Source of the DNA: Eledone cirrhosa
Lineage: Eukaryota
NCBI GenBank assembly: GCA_964016885.1
Contig: OZ024740.1
Span: 5,642,001 to 5,706,000 of the forward strand
Length of the DNA stretch: 64,000 nucleotides
Reading direction: 5' to 3'
In this document: piece by piece, positions 13,101-28,100 of the stretch
How the letters are laid out: each line of letters starts with the position of its first letter
Position numbering within the stretch: the first letter of the stretch is position 1
The notes under the pieces: model-generated
Databases searched by the model: none
What the model was told of the DNA's origin: nothing
Seen by the model: only the letters and a program-made list of their open reading frames with translations
Translations under genes and position numbers: made by a program

Positions 13101-16100
13101 AATCTGTGTCCCCTGCAGTGGCCTGAAAGGCGTCTATTGTGGGGACTAACAGAGGTTATATGAAGACAATGTGTCCCCTGTAGTGGCCTGAAATGGGTCT
13201 TTTGTGGGGACTAACAGATGTTTTTTCAAGACTCCGTGTCCCATGTAGTGGCCTTAAAGGCTTCTATTGAGGAGAGTAACAGGGTTTTTATCAAGACTCT
13301 GGGTCCCCTGTAGTGGCCTGAAAGGGGTCTATTGTGGGGACTAACAGGGTTTTTATCAAGACTCTGTGTGGTCTGTAGTGGCCTGAAAGGGGTCTATTGT
13401 GGGGAGTAACAGGGTTTTTATCAAGACTCTGTGTCCCCTGCAGTGGCCTGAAAGGGGTCTATTGTGGGGACTAACAGGGTTTTTATCAAGAATCTGTGTC
13501 CCCTGCAGTGGCCTGAAAGGCGTCTATTGTGGGGACTAACAGAGATTATATGAAGACAATGTGTCCCCTGTAGTGGCCTGAAAGGGGTCTTTTGTGGGGA
13601 CTAACAGATGTTTTATCAAGACTCCGTGTCCCATGTAGTGGCCTGAAAGGTTTCTATTGAGAGGAGTAACAGGGTTTTTATCAAGACTCTGGGTCCCCTG
13701 TAGTGGCCTGAAAGGGGTCTATTGTGGGGACTAACAGAGGTTTTATCAAGACTCTGTGTCCCCTGTAGTGGCCTGAGAGGGGTTTATTGTTGGGCCCAAC
13801 AGATGTTTTATCAAGCAGGGTTTTTATCAAGACTCTGTGTCCCCTGTAGTGGCCTGTAAAGGGTCTATTGTGGGGTCTAACAGAGGTTTTATCATGACTC
13901 TGTGTCCCCTGTAATGGCCTGAAAGGGGTCTATTGTGGGGACTAACAGAGGTTTTATCAAGACTCTGTGTCCCCTGTAATGGCCTGAAAGGGGTCTATTG
14001 TGGGGACTAACAGGGTTTTTATCAAGACTCTGTGTTCCCTGTAGTGGCCTGAAAGGGCTCTATTGTCGGGAGTAACAGATGTTTTATCAAGACTCTGTGT
14101 CCCCTGTAGTGGCCTGAAAGGGGTCTAGTGTGGGGACTAATAGAGGTTTTATCAAGACCCTGTGTCTCCTGTAGTGGCCTGAAAGGGGTTTATTGTGGGG
14201 ACTAACAGAGGTTTTCTCAAGCAGGGTTTTTATCAAGACTCTGTGTCCCCTGTAGTGGCCTGAAAAGGGTCTATTGTGGGGTCTAACAGAGGTTTTATCA
14301 AGACTCTGTGTCCCCTGTAATGGCTTGAAAGGGGTTTATTGTGGGGACTACCAGAGGTTTTATCAAGGCACTGTGTCCCCTGTAGTGGCCTGAAAAGGGA
14401 CTATTGTGGGGTCTAACAGAGGTTTTATCAAGACTCTGTGTCCCCTGTAGTGGCTTGAAAGGGGTTTATTGTGGGGACTACCAGAGGTTTTATCAAGACT
14501 CTGTGTCCCCTGCAGTGGCCTGAAAGGGGTCTATTGTGGGGACTAACAGGGTTTTTATCAAGACTCTGTGTCCCCCGTAGTGGCCTGAATGGGGTCTATT
14601 GTGGGGACTAACAGGGTTTTTATCAAGACTCTGGATCCCCTGTAGTGGCCTGAAAGGGGTCTTTTGTGGGGACTAACAGGGTTTTTATCAAGAATCTGTG
14701 TCCCCTGCAGTGGCCTGAAAGGCGTCTATTGTGGGGACTAACAGAGGTTATATGAAGACAATGTGTCCCCTGTAGTGGCCTGAATTGGGTCTTTTGTGGG
14801 GACTAACAGATGTTTTTTCAAGACTCCGTGTCCCATGTAGTGGCCTTAAAGGCTTCTATTGAGGAGAGTAACAGGGTTTTTATCAAGACTCTGGGTCCCC
14901 TGTAGTGGCCTGAAAGGGGTCTATTGTGGGGACTAACAGAGGTTTTATCAAGACTCTGGGTCCCCTGTAGTGGCCTGAAAGGGGTCTATTGTGGGAACTA
15001 ACAGGGTTTTTATCAAGACTCTGTGTCCCCTGTAGTGGCCTGAAAAGGGTCTATTGTGGGGACTAACAGGGTTTTTATCAAGACTCTGTGTCCCCTGTAG
15101 TGGCCTGAAAGGTGTCTATTGTGGGGACTAACAGGGTTTTTATCAAGAATCTGTGTCCCCTGCAGTGGCCTGAAAGGGGTCTATTGTGGGGACTAACAGG
15201 GTTTTTATCAAGACTCTGTGTGGTCTGTAGTGGCCTGAAAGGGGTCTATAGTGGGGAGTAACAGGGTTTTTATCAAGACTCTGTGTCCCCTGCAGTGGCC
15301 TGAAAGGGGTCTATTGTGGGGACTAACAGGGTTTTTATCAAGAATCTCTGTCCCCTGCAGTGGCCTGAAAGGCGTCTATTGTGGGGACTAACAGAGGTTA
15401 TATGAAGACAATGTGTCCCCTGTAGTGGCCTGAAAGGGGTCTTTTGTGGGGACTAACACATGTTTTATCAAGACTCCGTGTCCCACGTAGTGGCCTGAAA
15501 GGCTTCTATTGAGGGGAGTAACAGGGTTTTTATCAAGACTCTGGGTCCCCTGTAGTGGCCTGAAAGGGGTCTATTGTGGGGACTAACAGAGGTTTTATCA
15601 AGACTCTGTGTCCCCTGTAGTGGCTTGAAAGGGGTCTATTGTGGGGACTACCAGAGGTTTTATCAAGACTCTGTGTCCCCTGTAGTGGCCTGAGAGGGGT
15701 TTATTGTTGGGCCTAACAGAGGTTTTATCAAGACTCTGTGTCCCCTGTAATGGCCTGAAAGGGGTCTATTGTGGGGACTAACAGGGTTTTTATGAAGACT
15801 CTGTGTCTCCGGTAGTGGCCTGAAGGGGGTCTATTGTGGGGACTAACAGATGTTTTATCAAGACTCTGTGTCCGCTGTAGTGGCCTGAAAGGGGTCTATT
15901 GTGGGGACTAACAGGGTTTTTATGAAGACTCTGTGTCTCCGGTAGTGGCCTGAAGGGGGTCTATTGTGGGGACTAACAGGTTTTTATTAAGACTCTGTGT
16001 CCCCTGTAGTGGCCTGAAAGGGGTCTATTGTGGGGACTAACAGATGTTTTATCAAGCTCTGTGTCCCCTGTAGTGGCCTGAAAGGGGTCTAGTGTGGGGA

Positions 16101-19100
16101 CTAACAGAGGTCTTATCAAGACCCTGTGTCCCCTGTAGTGGCCTGCAAGGGGTCTATTGTGGGGACTAACAGGGTTTTTATCAAGATTCTGTGTCCCCTG
16201 TAGTGGCCTGAAAGGTATCTATTGTGGGGACTAACAGGGTTTTTATCAAGACTCTGTGTTCCCTGTAGTGGCCTGAAAGGGGTCTATTGTGTGGACTAAC
16301 AGGGTTTTTATTAAGACTCCGTGTCCTCTGTCGTGGCCTGAAAGGGGTCTATTGTGGGGACTAACAGGGTTATTATCAAGACTCTGTGTCCCCTGCAGTG
16401 GCCTGAAAGGGGTCTATTGTGGGGACTAACTTGGTTTTTATCAAGACTCTGTGTCCCCTGCAGTGGCCTGAAAGGGGTCTATTTTGGGGACGAACAGGGT
16501 TTTTATCAAGACTCTGGGTCCCCTGTAGTGGCCTGAAAGGGGTCTATTGTGGGGACTAACAGGGTTTTTATCAAGACTCTGTGTCCCTTGTAGTATCCTA
16601 AAAGGGATCTATTGTGGGGTCTAACAGGGTTTTTATCAAATATCTGTGTCCCCTGCTGTGGCCTGAAAGGGGTCTGTTGTGGGGACTAACAGGGTTTTTA
16701 TCAAGACTCTGTGTCCCCTGTAGTGGCCTGAAAGGGATCTATTGTGGGGTCTAACAGGGTTTTTATCAAGACTCTGTGTCCCCTGTAGTGGCCTGAAAGG
16801 GGTCTATTGTGGGGACTAACAGGGTTTTTATCAAGAATCTGCGTCCCCTGCAGTGGCCCGAAAAGGGTAAATTATGGGGACTAACAGAGGTTTTTTAAAG
16901 ACTCTGTGTCCCCTGTAGTGGGCTGAAATGGGTCTATTGTGGGGTCTAACAGGGTTTTTATCAAGACTCTGTGTGCTCTGTAATGGCCTGAAAGGGGTCT
17001 ATTGTGGGGACTAACAGGGTTTTTATCAAGACTCTGGGTCCCCTGTAGTGGCCTGAAAGGGGTCTATTGTGGGGACTAACAGGGTTTTTATCAAGAATCT
17101 GTGTCCCCTGCAGTGGCCCGAAAGGCGTCTATTGTGGGGACTAACAGAGGTTTTATGAAGACAATGTGTTCCCTGTAGTGGCTTGAAAGGGCTTTATAGT
17201 GGGGACTAACAGAGGTTTTATCAAGACTCTGTGTACCCTGTAGTGGCCTGAAAGGGGTCTATTGTGGGGAGTAACAGGGTTTTATCAAGACTCTGTGTCC
17301 CCTGCAGTGGCCTGAAGGGGTCTATTGTGGGGACTAACAGGGTTTTTATCAAGACTCTGTGTCCCCTGTAGTGGCCTGAAAGGGGTCTATTGTGGGGACT
17401 AACAGGGTTTTTATCAAGACTCTGGGTCCCCTGTAGTGGCTTGAAAGGGGTCTATTGTGGGGACTAACAGGGTTTTTATCAAGAATCTGTGTCCCCTGCA
17501 GTGGCCTGAAAGGCGTCTATTGTGGGGACTAACAGTGTTTTTATCAAGACACTGTGTCCCCTGTAGTGGCCTGAAAGGGGTCTAGTGTGGGGACTAACAG
17601 AGGTTTTATCAAGACTCCATGTCCCATGTAGTGGCCTGAAAGGCTTCTAGTTAGGGGAGTAACAGGGTTTTTATCAAGACTCTGGGTCCCCTGTAGTGGC
17701 TTGAAAGGGGTTTATTGTGGGGACTACCAGAGGTTTTATCAAGACTCTGTGTCCCCTGTAATGGCCTGAAAGGGGTCTATTGTGGGGACGAACAGGGTTT
17801 TTATCAAGACTCTGTGTCCCCTGTAGTGGCCTGAAAGGGGTCTATTGTGGGGACTAACAGATGTTTTATCAAGACTCTGTGTCCCCTGTAGTGGCCTGAA
17901 AGGGGTCTAGTGTGGGGACTAACAGAGGTTTTATCAAGACCCTGTGTCCCCTGTAGTGGACTGAAAGGGGTAAATTGTGGGCACTAACAGAGGTTTTATC
18001 AAGACTCTGTGTCCCCTGTAGTGGCCTGAAAGGGGTCTAGTGTGGGGATTAACAGGGTTTTTATCAAGACTCCGTGTCCCCTGTAGTCGCCTGAAAGGGG
18101 TCTATTGTGGGAACTAACAGAGGTTTTATCAAGACTCTGTGTCCGCTGTAGTGGCCTGAAAGGGGTTATATTGTGTGGACTAACAGGGTTTTTATCAAGA
18201 CTCTGTGTCTCCTGTAGTGGCCTGAAAGGGGTCTATTGTGGGGACTAACAGGGTTTTTATTAAGACTCTGTGTCCCCTGTAGCGGCCTGAAAGCGGTCTA
18301 TTGTGGAGACAAACAGATGTTTTATCAAGACTCTGTGTCCCCTGTAGTGGCCTGAAAAGGGTCTAGTGTGGGGACTAACAGTGGTTTTATCAAGACCCTG
18401 TGTCCCCTGTAGTGGCCTGAAAGGGGTCTATTGTGGGGACTAATAGGGTTTTTATCAAGACTCTGTGTCCCCTGTAGTGGCCTGAAAGGGGTCTATTGTG
18501 GGGACTAACAGGATTTTTATCAAGAATCTGTGTCCCCTGCTGTGGCCTGAAAGGTGTCTATTGTGGGGACTAACAGGGTTTTTATTAAGACTCTGTGTAC
18601 CCTGTCGTGGCCTTAAAGGGGTCTATTGTGGGGACTAACAGATGTTTTATCAAGACTCTGTGTCCCCTGTAGTGGCCTGAAAGGGGTCTATTGTGGGGAC
18701 TAACAGGGTTTTTATCAAGACTCTGGGTCCCATGTAGTGGCCTGAAAGGGATCTATTGTGGGGACTAACAGGGTTTTTATCAAGACTCTGTGTCCCCTGT
18801 AGTGGCCTGAAAGGGGTCTATTGTGGGGACTAACAGGGTTTTTATCAAATATCTGTGTCCCCTGCTGTGGCCTGAAAGGGGTCTATTGTGGGGACTAACA
18901 GGGTTTTTATCAAGACTCTGTGTCTCCTGTAGTGGCCTGAAAGGGGTCTATTGTGGGGACTAACAGGGTTTTTATTAAGACTCTGTATCCCCAGTAGTGG
19001 CCTGAAAGGGGTCTATTGTGGGGACTAACAGGGTTTTTATCAAGACTCTGTGTCCCCTGTAGTGGCCTGAAAGGGATCTATTTTGGGGACTAACAGGGTT

Positions 19101-22100
19101 TTTATCAAGACTCTGTGTCCCCTGTAGTGGCCTGAAAGGGGTCTATTGTGGGGACTAACAGGGTTTTTATCAAGGATCTGCGTCCCCTGCAGTGGCCCGA
19201 AAAGGGTAAATTATGGGGACTAACAGAGGTTTTATCAAGACCCTGTGTCCCCTGTAGTGACCTGAAATGGGTCTATTGTGGGGTCTAACAGGGTTTTTAT
19301 CAAGACTCTGTGTGCTCTGTATTGGCGTGAAAGGGGTCTATTGTGGGGACTAACAGGGTTTTTATCAAGAATCTGTGTCCCCTGCAGTGGCCTGAAAGGC
19401 GTCTATTGTGGGGACTAACAGGGTTTTTATCAAGAATCTGTGTCCCCAGCAGTGGCCTGAAAGGCGTCTATTGTGGGGACTAACAGTGTTTTTATCAAGA
19501 CACTGTGTCCCCTGTAGTGGCCTGAAAGGGGTCTAGTGTGGGGACTAACAGAGGTTTTATCAAGACTCCCTGTCCCATGTAGTGGGCTGAAAGGCTTCTA
19601 GTTAGGGGAGTAACAGGGTTTTTATCAAGACTCTGGGTCCCCTGTAGTGGCTTGAAAGGGGTTTATTGTGGGGACTACCAGAGGTTTTATCAAGACTCTG
19701 TGTCCCCCGTAATGGCCTGAAAGGGGTCTATTGTGGGGACGAACAGGGTTTTTATCAAGACTCTGTGTCCCCTGTAGTGGCCTGAAAGGGGTCTATTGTG
19801 GGGACTAACAGATGTTTTATCAAGACTCTGTGTCCCCTGTAGTGGCCTGAAAGGGGTCTAGTGTGGGGACTAACAGAGGTTTTATCAAGACCCTGTGTCC
19901 CCTGTAGTGGACTGAAAGGGGTAAATTGTGGGGACTAACAGAGGTTTTATCAAGACTCTGTGTCCCCTGTAGTGGCCTGAAAGGGGTCTAGTGTGGGGAC
20001 TAACAGGGTTTTTATCAAGACTCCGTGTCCCCTGTAGTCGCCTGAAAGGGGTCTATTGTGGGAACTAACAGAGGTTTTATCAAGACTCTGTGTCCGCTGT
20101 AGTGGCCTGAAAGGGGTTATATTGTGTGGACTAACAGGGTTTTTATCAAGACTCTGGGTCCCCTGAAGTGGCGTGAAAGGGGTCTATTGTGGGGGCAAGC
20201 AGGGTTTTTATTAAGACTCTGTGTCCCCTGTAGTGGCCTGAAAGGGGTCTATTGTGGGGACTAACAGGGTTTTTATCAAGAATCTGTGTCCCCTGCTGTG
20301 GCCTGAAAGGGGTCTATTGTGGGGACTAACAGATGTTTTATCAAGACTCTGTGTCCCCTGTAGTGGCCTGAAAGGGGTCTATTGTGGGGACTAACAGGGT
20401 TTTTATCAAGAATCTGTGTCCCCTGCTGTGGCCTGAAAGGTGTCTATTGTGGGGACTAACAGGGTTTTTATTAAGACTCTGTGTCCCCTGTCGTGGCCTG
20501 AAAGGGGTCTATTGTGGGGACTAACAGGTTTTTATCAAGACTCTGTGTCCCCTGCAGTGGCATGAAAGGGGTCTATCGTGGGGACTAACAGGGTTTTTAT
20601 CAAGACTCTGGGTCCCCTGTAGTGGCCTGAAAGGGGTCTATTGTGGGGACTAACAGGGTTTTTATTAAGACTCTGTGTCCCCTGTGGTGGCCTGAAAGGG
20701 GTCTATTGTGGGGACTAACAGATGTTTTATCAAGACTCTGTGTCCCCTGTAGTGGCCTGAAAGGGGTCTATTGTGGGGACTAACAGGGTTTTTATCAAGA
20801 CTCTGGGTCCCCTGTAGTGGCCTGAAAGGGATCTATTGTGGGGACTAACAGTGTTTTTATCAAGACTCTGTGTCCCCTGTAGTGGCCTGAAAGGGGTCTA
20901 TTGTGGGGACTAACAGGGTTTTTATCAAATATCTGTGTCCCCTGCTGTGGCCTGAAAGGGGTCTATTGTGGGGACTAACAGGGTTTTTATCAAGACTCTG
21001 TGTCTCCTGTAGTTGCCTGAAAGGGGTCTATTGTGGGGACTAACAGGGTTTTTATTAAGACTCTGTATCCCCAGTAGTGGCCTGAAAGGGGTCTATTGTG
21101 GGGACTAACAGGGTTTTTATCAAGACTCTGTGTCCCATGTAGTGGCCTGAAAGGGATCTATTTTGGGGACTAACAGGGTTTTTATCAAGACTCTGTGTCC
21201 CCTGTAGTGGCCTGAAAGGGGTCTATTGTGGGGACTAACAGGGTTTTTATCAAGGATCTCCGTCCCCTGCAGTGGCCCGAAAAGGGTAAATTATGGGGAC
21301 TAACAGAGGTTTTATCAAGACTCTGTGTCCCCTGTAGTGACCTGAAATGTGTCTATTGTGGGGTCTAACAGGGTTTTTATCAAGACTCTGTGTGCTCTGT
21401 ATTGGCGTGAAAGGGGTCTATTGTGGGGACTAACAGGGTTTTTATTAAGAATCTGTGTCCCCTGCAGTGGCCTGAAAGGCGTCTATTGTGGGGACTAACA
21501 GGGTTTTTATCAAGAATCTGTGTCCCCTGCAGTGGCCTGAAAGGCGTCTATTGTGGGGACTAACAGTGTTTTTATCAAGACTCTGTGTCCCCTGTAGTGG
21601 CCCGAAAGGTGTCTAGTGTGGGGACTAACAGAGGTTTTATCAAGACCCTGTGTCCCCTGTAGTGGCCTGAAAGGGGTAAATTGTGGGGACTATCAGAGGT
21701 TTTATCAAGACTCCGTGTCCCATGTAGTGGCCTGAAAGGCTTCTATTTAGGGGAGTAACAGGGTTTTTATCAAGACTCTGGGTCCCCTGTAGTGGCCTGA
21801 AAGGGGTCTATTGTGGGGACTAACAGAGGTTTTATTAAGACTCTGTGTCCCCTGTAGTGGCTTGAAAGGGGTTTATTGTGGGGACTACCAGAGGTTTTAT
21901 CAAGACTCTCTGTCCCCTGTAGTGGCCTGAGAGGGGTTTATTTTTGGGCCTAACAGAGGTTTTATCAAGACTCTGTGTCCCCTGTAATGGCATGAAAGGG
22001 GTCTATTATGGGGACTAACAGATGTTTTATCAAGACTCTGTGTCCCCTGTAGTGGCCTGAAAGGGGTCTAGTGTGGGGACTAACAGGGTTTTTATCAAGA

Positions 22101-25100
22101 TTCTGTGTCCCCTGTAGTGGCCTGAAAGGGGTCTATTGTGGGAACTAACAGAGGTTTTATCAAGATTCTGTGTCTCCTGTAGTGGCCTGAAAGGGGTCTA
22201 TTGTGGGAACTAACAGAGGTTTTATCAAGACTCTGTGTCTCCTGTAGTGGCCTGAAAGGGGTCTATTGTGGGGACTAACAGGGTATTTATCAAGACTCTG
22301 TGTCTCCTGTAGTGGCCTGAAAGGGGTCTATTGTGGGGACTAACAGATGTTTTATCAAGACTCTGTGTCCCCTGTAATGGCCTGAAAGGGGTCTATTGTG
22401 TGAACGAACAGGGTTTTTATCAAGACTCTGTGTCCCCTGTAGTGGCCTGAAAGGGGTCTATTGTGGGGACTAACAGATGTTTTATCAAGACTCTGTGTCC
22501 CCTGTAGTGGCCTGAAAGGGTTCTAGTGTGGGGACTAACAGAGGTTTTATCAAGACCCTGTGTCCCCTGTAGTGGACTGAAAGGGGTAAATTGTGGGGAC
22601 TAACAGGGTTTTATCAAGACTCTGTGTCCCCTGTAGTGGCCTGAAAGGGGTCTAGTGTGGGGACTAACAGGGTTTTTATCAAGACTCCGTGTCCCCTGTA
22701 GTCGCCTGAAAGGGGTCTATTGTGGGAACTAACAGAGGTTTTATCAAGACTCTGTGTCCGCTGTAGTGGCCTGAAAGGGGTTATATTGTGTGGACTAACA
22801 GGGTTTTTATCAAGACTCTGTGTCTCCTGTAGTGGCCTGAAAGGGGTCTATTGTGGGGACTAACAGTGGTTTTATCAAGACCCTGTGTCCCCTGTAGTGG
22901 CCTGAAAGGGGTCTATTGTGGGGACTAATAGGGTTTTTATGAAGACTCTGTGTCCCCTGTAGTGGCCTGAAAGGTATCTATTGTGGGGACTAACAGGGTT
23001 TTTATCAAGACTCTGTGTCCCCTGTAGTGGCGTGAAAGGGGTCTATTGTGGGGACAAGCAGGGTTTTTATTAAGACTCTGTGTCCCCTGTAGTGGCCTGA
23101 AAGGGGTCTATTGTGGGGACTAACAGGGTTTTTATCAAGAATCTGTGTCCCCTGCTGTGGCCTGAAAGGGGTCTATTGTGGGGACTAACAGATGTTTTAT
23201 CAAGACTCTGTGTCCCCTGTAGTGGCCTGAAAGGGGTCTATTGTGGGGACTAACAGGGTTTTTATCAAGAATCTGTGTCCCCTGCTGTGGACTGAAAGGT
23301 GTCTATTGTGGGGACTAACAGGGTTTTTATTAAGACTCTGTGTCCCCTGTCGTGGCCTGAAAGGGTTCTATTGTGGGGACTAGCAGGTTTTTATCAAGAC
23401 TCTGTGTCCCCTGCAGTGGCCTGAAAGGGGTCTATCGTGGGGACTAACAGGATTTTTATCAAGACTCTGGGTCCCCTGTAGTGGCCTGAAAGGGGTCTAT
23501 TGTGGGGACTAACAGGGTTTTTATTAAGACTCTGTGTCCCCTGTGGTGGCCTGAAAGGGGTCTATTGTGGGGACTAACAGATGTTTTATCAAGACTCTGT
23601 GTCCCCTGTAGTGGCCTGAAAGGGGTCTATTGTGGGGACTAACAGGGTCTTTATCAAGACTCTGGGTCCCCTGTAGTGGCCTGAAAGGGATCTATTGTGG
23701 GGACTAACAGGGTTTTTATCAAGACTCTGTGTCCCCTGTAGTGGCCTGAAAGGGGTCTATTGTGGGGACTAACAGGGTTTTTATCAAATATCTGTGTCCC
23801 CTGCTGTGGCCTGAAAGGGGTCTATTGTGGGGACTAACAGGGTTTTTATCAAGACTCTGTGTCTCCTGTAGTTGCCTGAAAGGGGTCTATTGTGGGGACT
23901 AACAGGGTTTTTATTAAGACTCTGTATCCCCAGTAGTGGCCTGAAAGGGGTCTATTGTGGGGACTAACAGGGTTTTTATCAAGACTCTGTGTCCCATGTA
24001 GTGGCCTGAAAGGGATCTATTTTGGGGACTAACAGGGTTTTTATCAAGACTCTGTGTCCCCTGTAGTGGCCTGAAAGGGGTCTATTGTGGGGACTAACAG
24101 GGTTTTTATCAAGGATCTCCGTCCCCTGCAGTGGCCCGAAAAGGGTAAATTATGGGGACTAACAGAGGTTTTATCAAGACTCTGTGTCCCCTGTAGTGAC
24201 CTGAAATGTGTCTATTGTGGGGTCTAACAGGGTTTTTATCAAGACTCTGTGTGCTCTGTATTGGCGTGAAAGGGGTCTATTGTGGGGACTAACAGGGTTT
24301 TTATCAAGAATCTGTGTCCCCTGCAGTGGCCTGAAAGGCGTCTATTGTGGGGACTAACAGGGTTTTTATCAAGAATCTGTGTCCCCTGCAGTGGCCTGAA
24401 AGGCGTCTATTGTGGGGACTAACAGTGTTTTTATCAAGACTCTGTGTCCCCTGTAGTGGCCCGAAAGGTGTGAAGTGTGGGGACTAACAGAGGTTTTATC
24501 AAGACCCTGTGTCCCCTGTAGTGGCCTGAAAGGGGTAAATTGTGGGAACTAACAGAGGTTTTATCAAGACTCCGTGTCCCATGTAGTGGCCTGAAAGGCT
24601 TCTATTTAAGGGAGTAACAGGGTTTTTATCAAGACTCTGGGTCCCCTGTAGTGGCCTGAAAGGGGTCTATTGTGGGGACTAACAGAGGTTTTATCAAGAC
24701 TCTGTGTCCCCTGTAGTGGCTTGAAAGGGGTTTATTGTGGAGACTACCAGAGGTTTTATCAAGACTCTGTGTCCCCTGTAGTGGCCTGAGAGGGGTTTAT
24801 TTTTGGGCCTAACAGAGGTTTTATCAAGACTCTGTGTCCCCTGTAATGGCCTGAAAGGGGTCTATTGTGGGGACTAACAGATGTTTTATCAAGACTCTGA
24901 GTCCCCTGTAGTGGCCTGAAAGGGGTCTAGTGTGGGGACTAACAGAGATTTTATCAAGACCCTGTGTCCCCTGTAGTGGCCTGAAAGGGGTCTATTGTGG
25001 GGACTCACAGGGTTTTTATCAAGACTCTGTGTCCCCTGTAGTGGCCTGAAAGGTATCTATTGTGGGGACTAACAGGGTTTTTATCAAGACTCTGTGTACC

Positions 25101-28100
25101 CTGTACTGGCGTGAAAGGAGTCTATTGTGGGGACAAACAGGGTTTTTATTAAGACTCTGTGTCCCCTGTAGTGGCCTGAAAGGGGTCTATTGTGGGGACT
25201 AACAGATGTTTTATCAAGACTCTGTGTCCCCTGTAGTGGCCTGAAAGGGGTCTATTGTGGGGACTAACAGGGTTTTTATCAAGAATCTGTGTCCCCTGTA
25301 TTGGCCTGAAAGGGGTCTATTGTGGGGACTAACAGGGTTTTTATCAAGACTCTGGGTACCCTGTAGTGGCCTGAAAGAGGTCTATTTTGGGGACTAACAG
25401 GGTTTTTATCAAGAATCTGTGTCCCCTGCAGTGGCCTGAAAGGCGTCTATCGTGGGGACTAACAGAGGTTTTATCAAGACGCTGTGTCTGCTGTAGTGGC
25501 CTGAAAGGGGTCTATTGTGGGGACTAACAGGGTTTTTATCAAACTCTGGGTCCCGTGTAGTGACCTGAAAGGGGTCTATTGTGGGGACTAACAGGGTTTT
25601 TATCAAGACTCTGTGTCCCCTGTAGTGGCCTCAATGGGGTCTATTTTGGGGACTAACAGAGGTTTTATCAAGACTCTGTGTCCCCTGTAGTGGCCTGAAA
25701 GGGATCTAGTGTGGGGACTAACCGAGGTTTTATCAAGACTCTGTGTCCCCTGTAGTGGTCTGATATGGGTAAATTGTGGGGACTAACAGAGGTTTTATCA
25801 AGTCTCTGTGTCCCCTGTCGTGGCCTGAAAGGGGTCTATTGTGGGGACTAACAGGGTTTTTATCAAGACTCTGTGTCCCCTGTAGTGGCCTGAATTGGGT
25901 CTATTGTGGGGACTAACAGAGGTTTTATCAAGACGCTGTGTCCGCTGTAGTGGCCTGAAAGGGGTCTATTGTGGGGACTAGCAGGGTTTTTATCAAACTC
26001 TGGGTCCCGTGTAGTGGCCTGAAAGGGGTCTATTGTGGGGACTAACAGGGTTTTTAACAAGACTCTGTGTCCCCTGTAGTGGCCTGAATGGGGTCTATTG
26101 TCGGGACTACCAGAGGTTTTATCAAGACGCTGTGTTCGCTGTAGTGGCCTGAAAGGGGTCTATTGTGGGGACTAACAGGGTTTTTATCAAACTCTGGGTC
26201 CCGTGTAGTGGCCTGAAAGGGGTCTATTGTGGGGACTAACAGGGTTTTTATCAAGACTCTGTGTCCCCTGTAGTGGCCTGAAAGGGATCTATTGTGGGGA
26301 CTAACAGGGTTTTTATCAAGACTGTGTCCCCTGTAGTGGCCTGAAAGGGGTCTATTGTGGGGACTAACAGGGTTTTTATTAAGACTCTGTGTCTCCTGTA
26401 GTGGCCTGAAAGGGGTCTATTGTGGGGACTAACAGGCTTTTTAGCAAGACTCTGGGTCCCCTGTAGTGGCCTGAAAGGGGTCTATTGTGGGGACTAACAG
26501 GGTTTTTTATCAAGACTCTATGTCCCCTGTAGTGGCCTGAAAGGGATCTATTGTGGGGACTAACAGGGTTTTTATCAAGACTCTGTGTACCCTGTAGTGG
26601 CGTGAAAGGAGTCTATTGTGGGGACAAACAGGGTTTTTATTAAGACTCTGTGTCCCCTGTAGTGGCCTGAAAGGTATCTATTGTGGGGACTAACAGGGTT
26701 TTTATCAAGACTCTGTGTACCCTGTAGTGGCGTGAAAGGAGTCTATTGTGGGGACAAACAGGGTTTTTATTAAGACTCTGTGTCCCCTGTAGTGGCCTGA
26801 AAGGGGTCTATTGTGGGGACTAACAGATGTTTTATCAAGACTCTGTGTCCCCTGTAGTGGCCTGAAAGGGGTCTATTGTTGGGACTAACAGGGTTTTTAT
26901 CAAGAATCTGTGTCCCCTGTAGTGGGCTGAAAGGGGTCTATTGTGGGGACTAACAGGGTTTTTATCAAGACTCTGTGTCCCCTGTAGTGGCCTCAATGGG
27001 GTCTATTTTGGGGACTAACAGAGGTTTTATCAAGACTCTGTGTCCCCTGTAGTGGCCTGAAAGGGATCTAGTGTGGGGACTAACCGAGGTTTTATCAAGA
27101 CTCTGTGTCCCCTGTAGTGGTCTGATATGGGTAAATTGTGGGGACTAACAGAGGTTTTATCAAGTCTCTGTGTCCCCTGTCGTGGCCTGAAAGGGGTCTA
27201 TTGTGGGGACTAACAGGGTTTTTATCAAGACTCTGTGTCCCCTGTAGTGGCCTGAATTGGGTCTATTGTGGGGACTAACAGAGGTTTTATCAAGACGCTG
27301 TGTCCGCTGTAGTGGCCTGAAAGGGGTCTATTGTGGGGACTAGCAGGGTTTTTATCAAACTCTGGGTCCCGTGTAGTGGCCTGAAAGGGGTCTATTGTGG
27401 GGACTAACAGGGTTTTTAACAAGACTCTGTGTCCCCTGTAGTGGCCTGAATGGGGTCTATTGTCGGGACTACCAGAGGTTTTATCAAGACGCTGTGTTCG
27501 CTGTAGTGGCCTGAAAGGGGTCTATTGTGGGGACTAACAGGGTTTTTATCAAACTCTGGGTCCCGTGTAGTGGCCTGAAAGGGGTCTATTGTGGGGACTA
27601 ACAGGGTTTTTATCAAGACTCTGTGTCCCCTGTAGTGGCCTGAAAGGGATCTATTGTGGGGACTAACAGGGTTTTTATCAAGACTGTGTCCCCTGTAGTG
27701 GCCTGAAAGGGGTCTATTGTGGGGACTAACAGGGTTTTTATTAAGACTCTGTGTCTCCTGTAGTGGCCTGAAAGGGGTCTATTGTGGGGACTAACAGGCT
27801 TTTTAGCAAGACTCTGGGTCCCCTGTAGTGGCCTGAAAGGGGTCTATTGTGGGGACTAACAGGGTTTTTTATCAAGACTCTATGTCCCCTGTAGTGGCCT
27901 GAAAGGGATCTATTGTGGGGACTAACAGGGTTTTTATCAAGACTCTGTGTACCCTGTAGTGGCGTGAAAGGAGTCTATTGTGGGGACAAACAGGGTTTTT
28001 ATTAAGACTCTGTGTCCCCTGTAGTGGCCTGAAAGGTATCTATTGTGGGGACTAACAGGGTTTTTATCAAGACTCTGTGTACCCTGTAGTGGCGTGAAAG

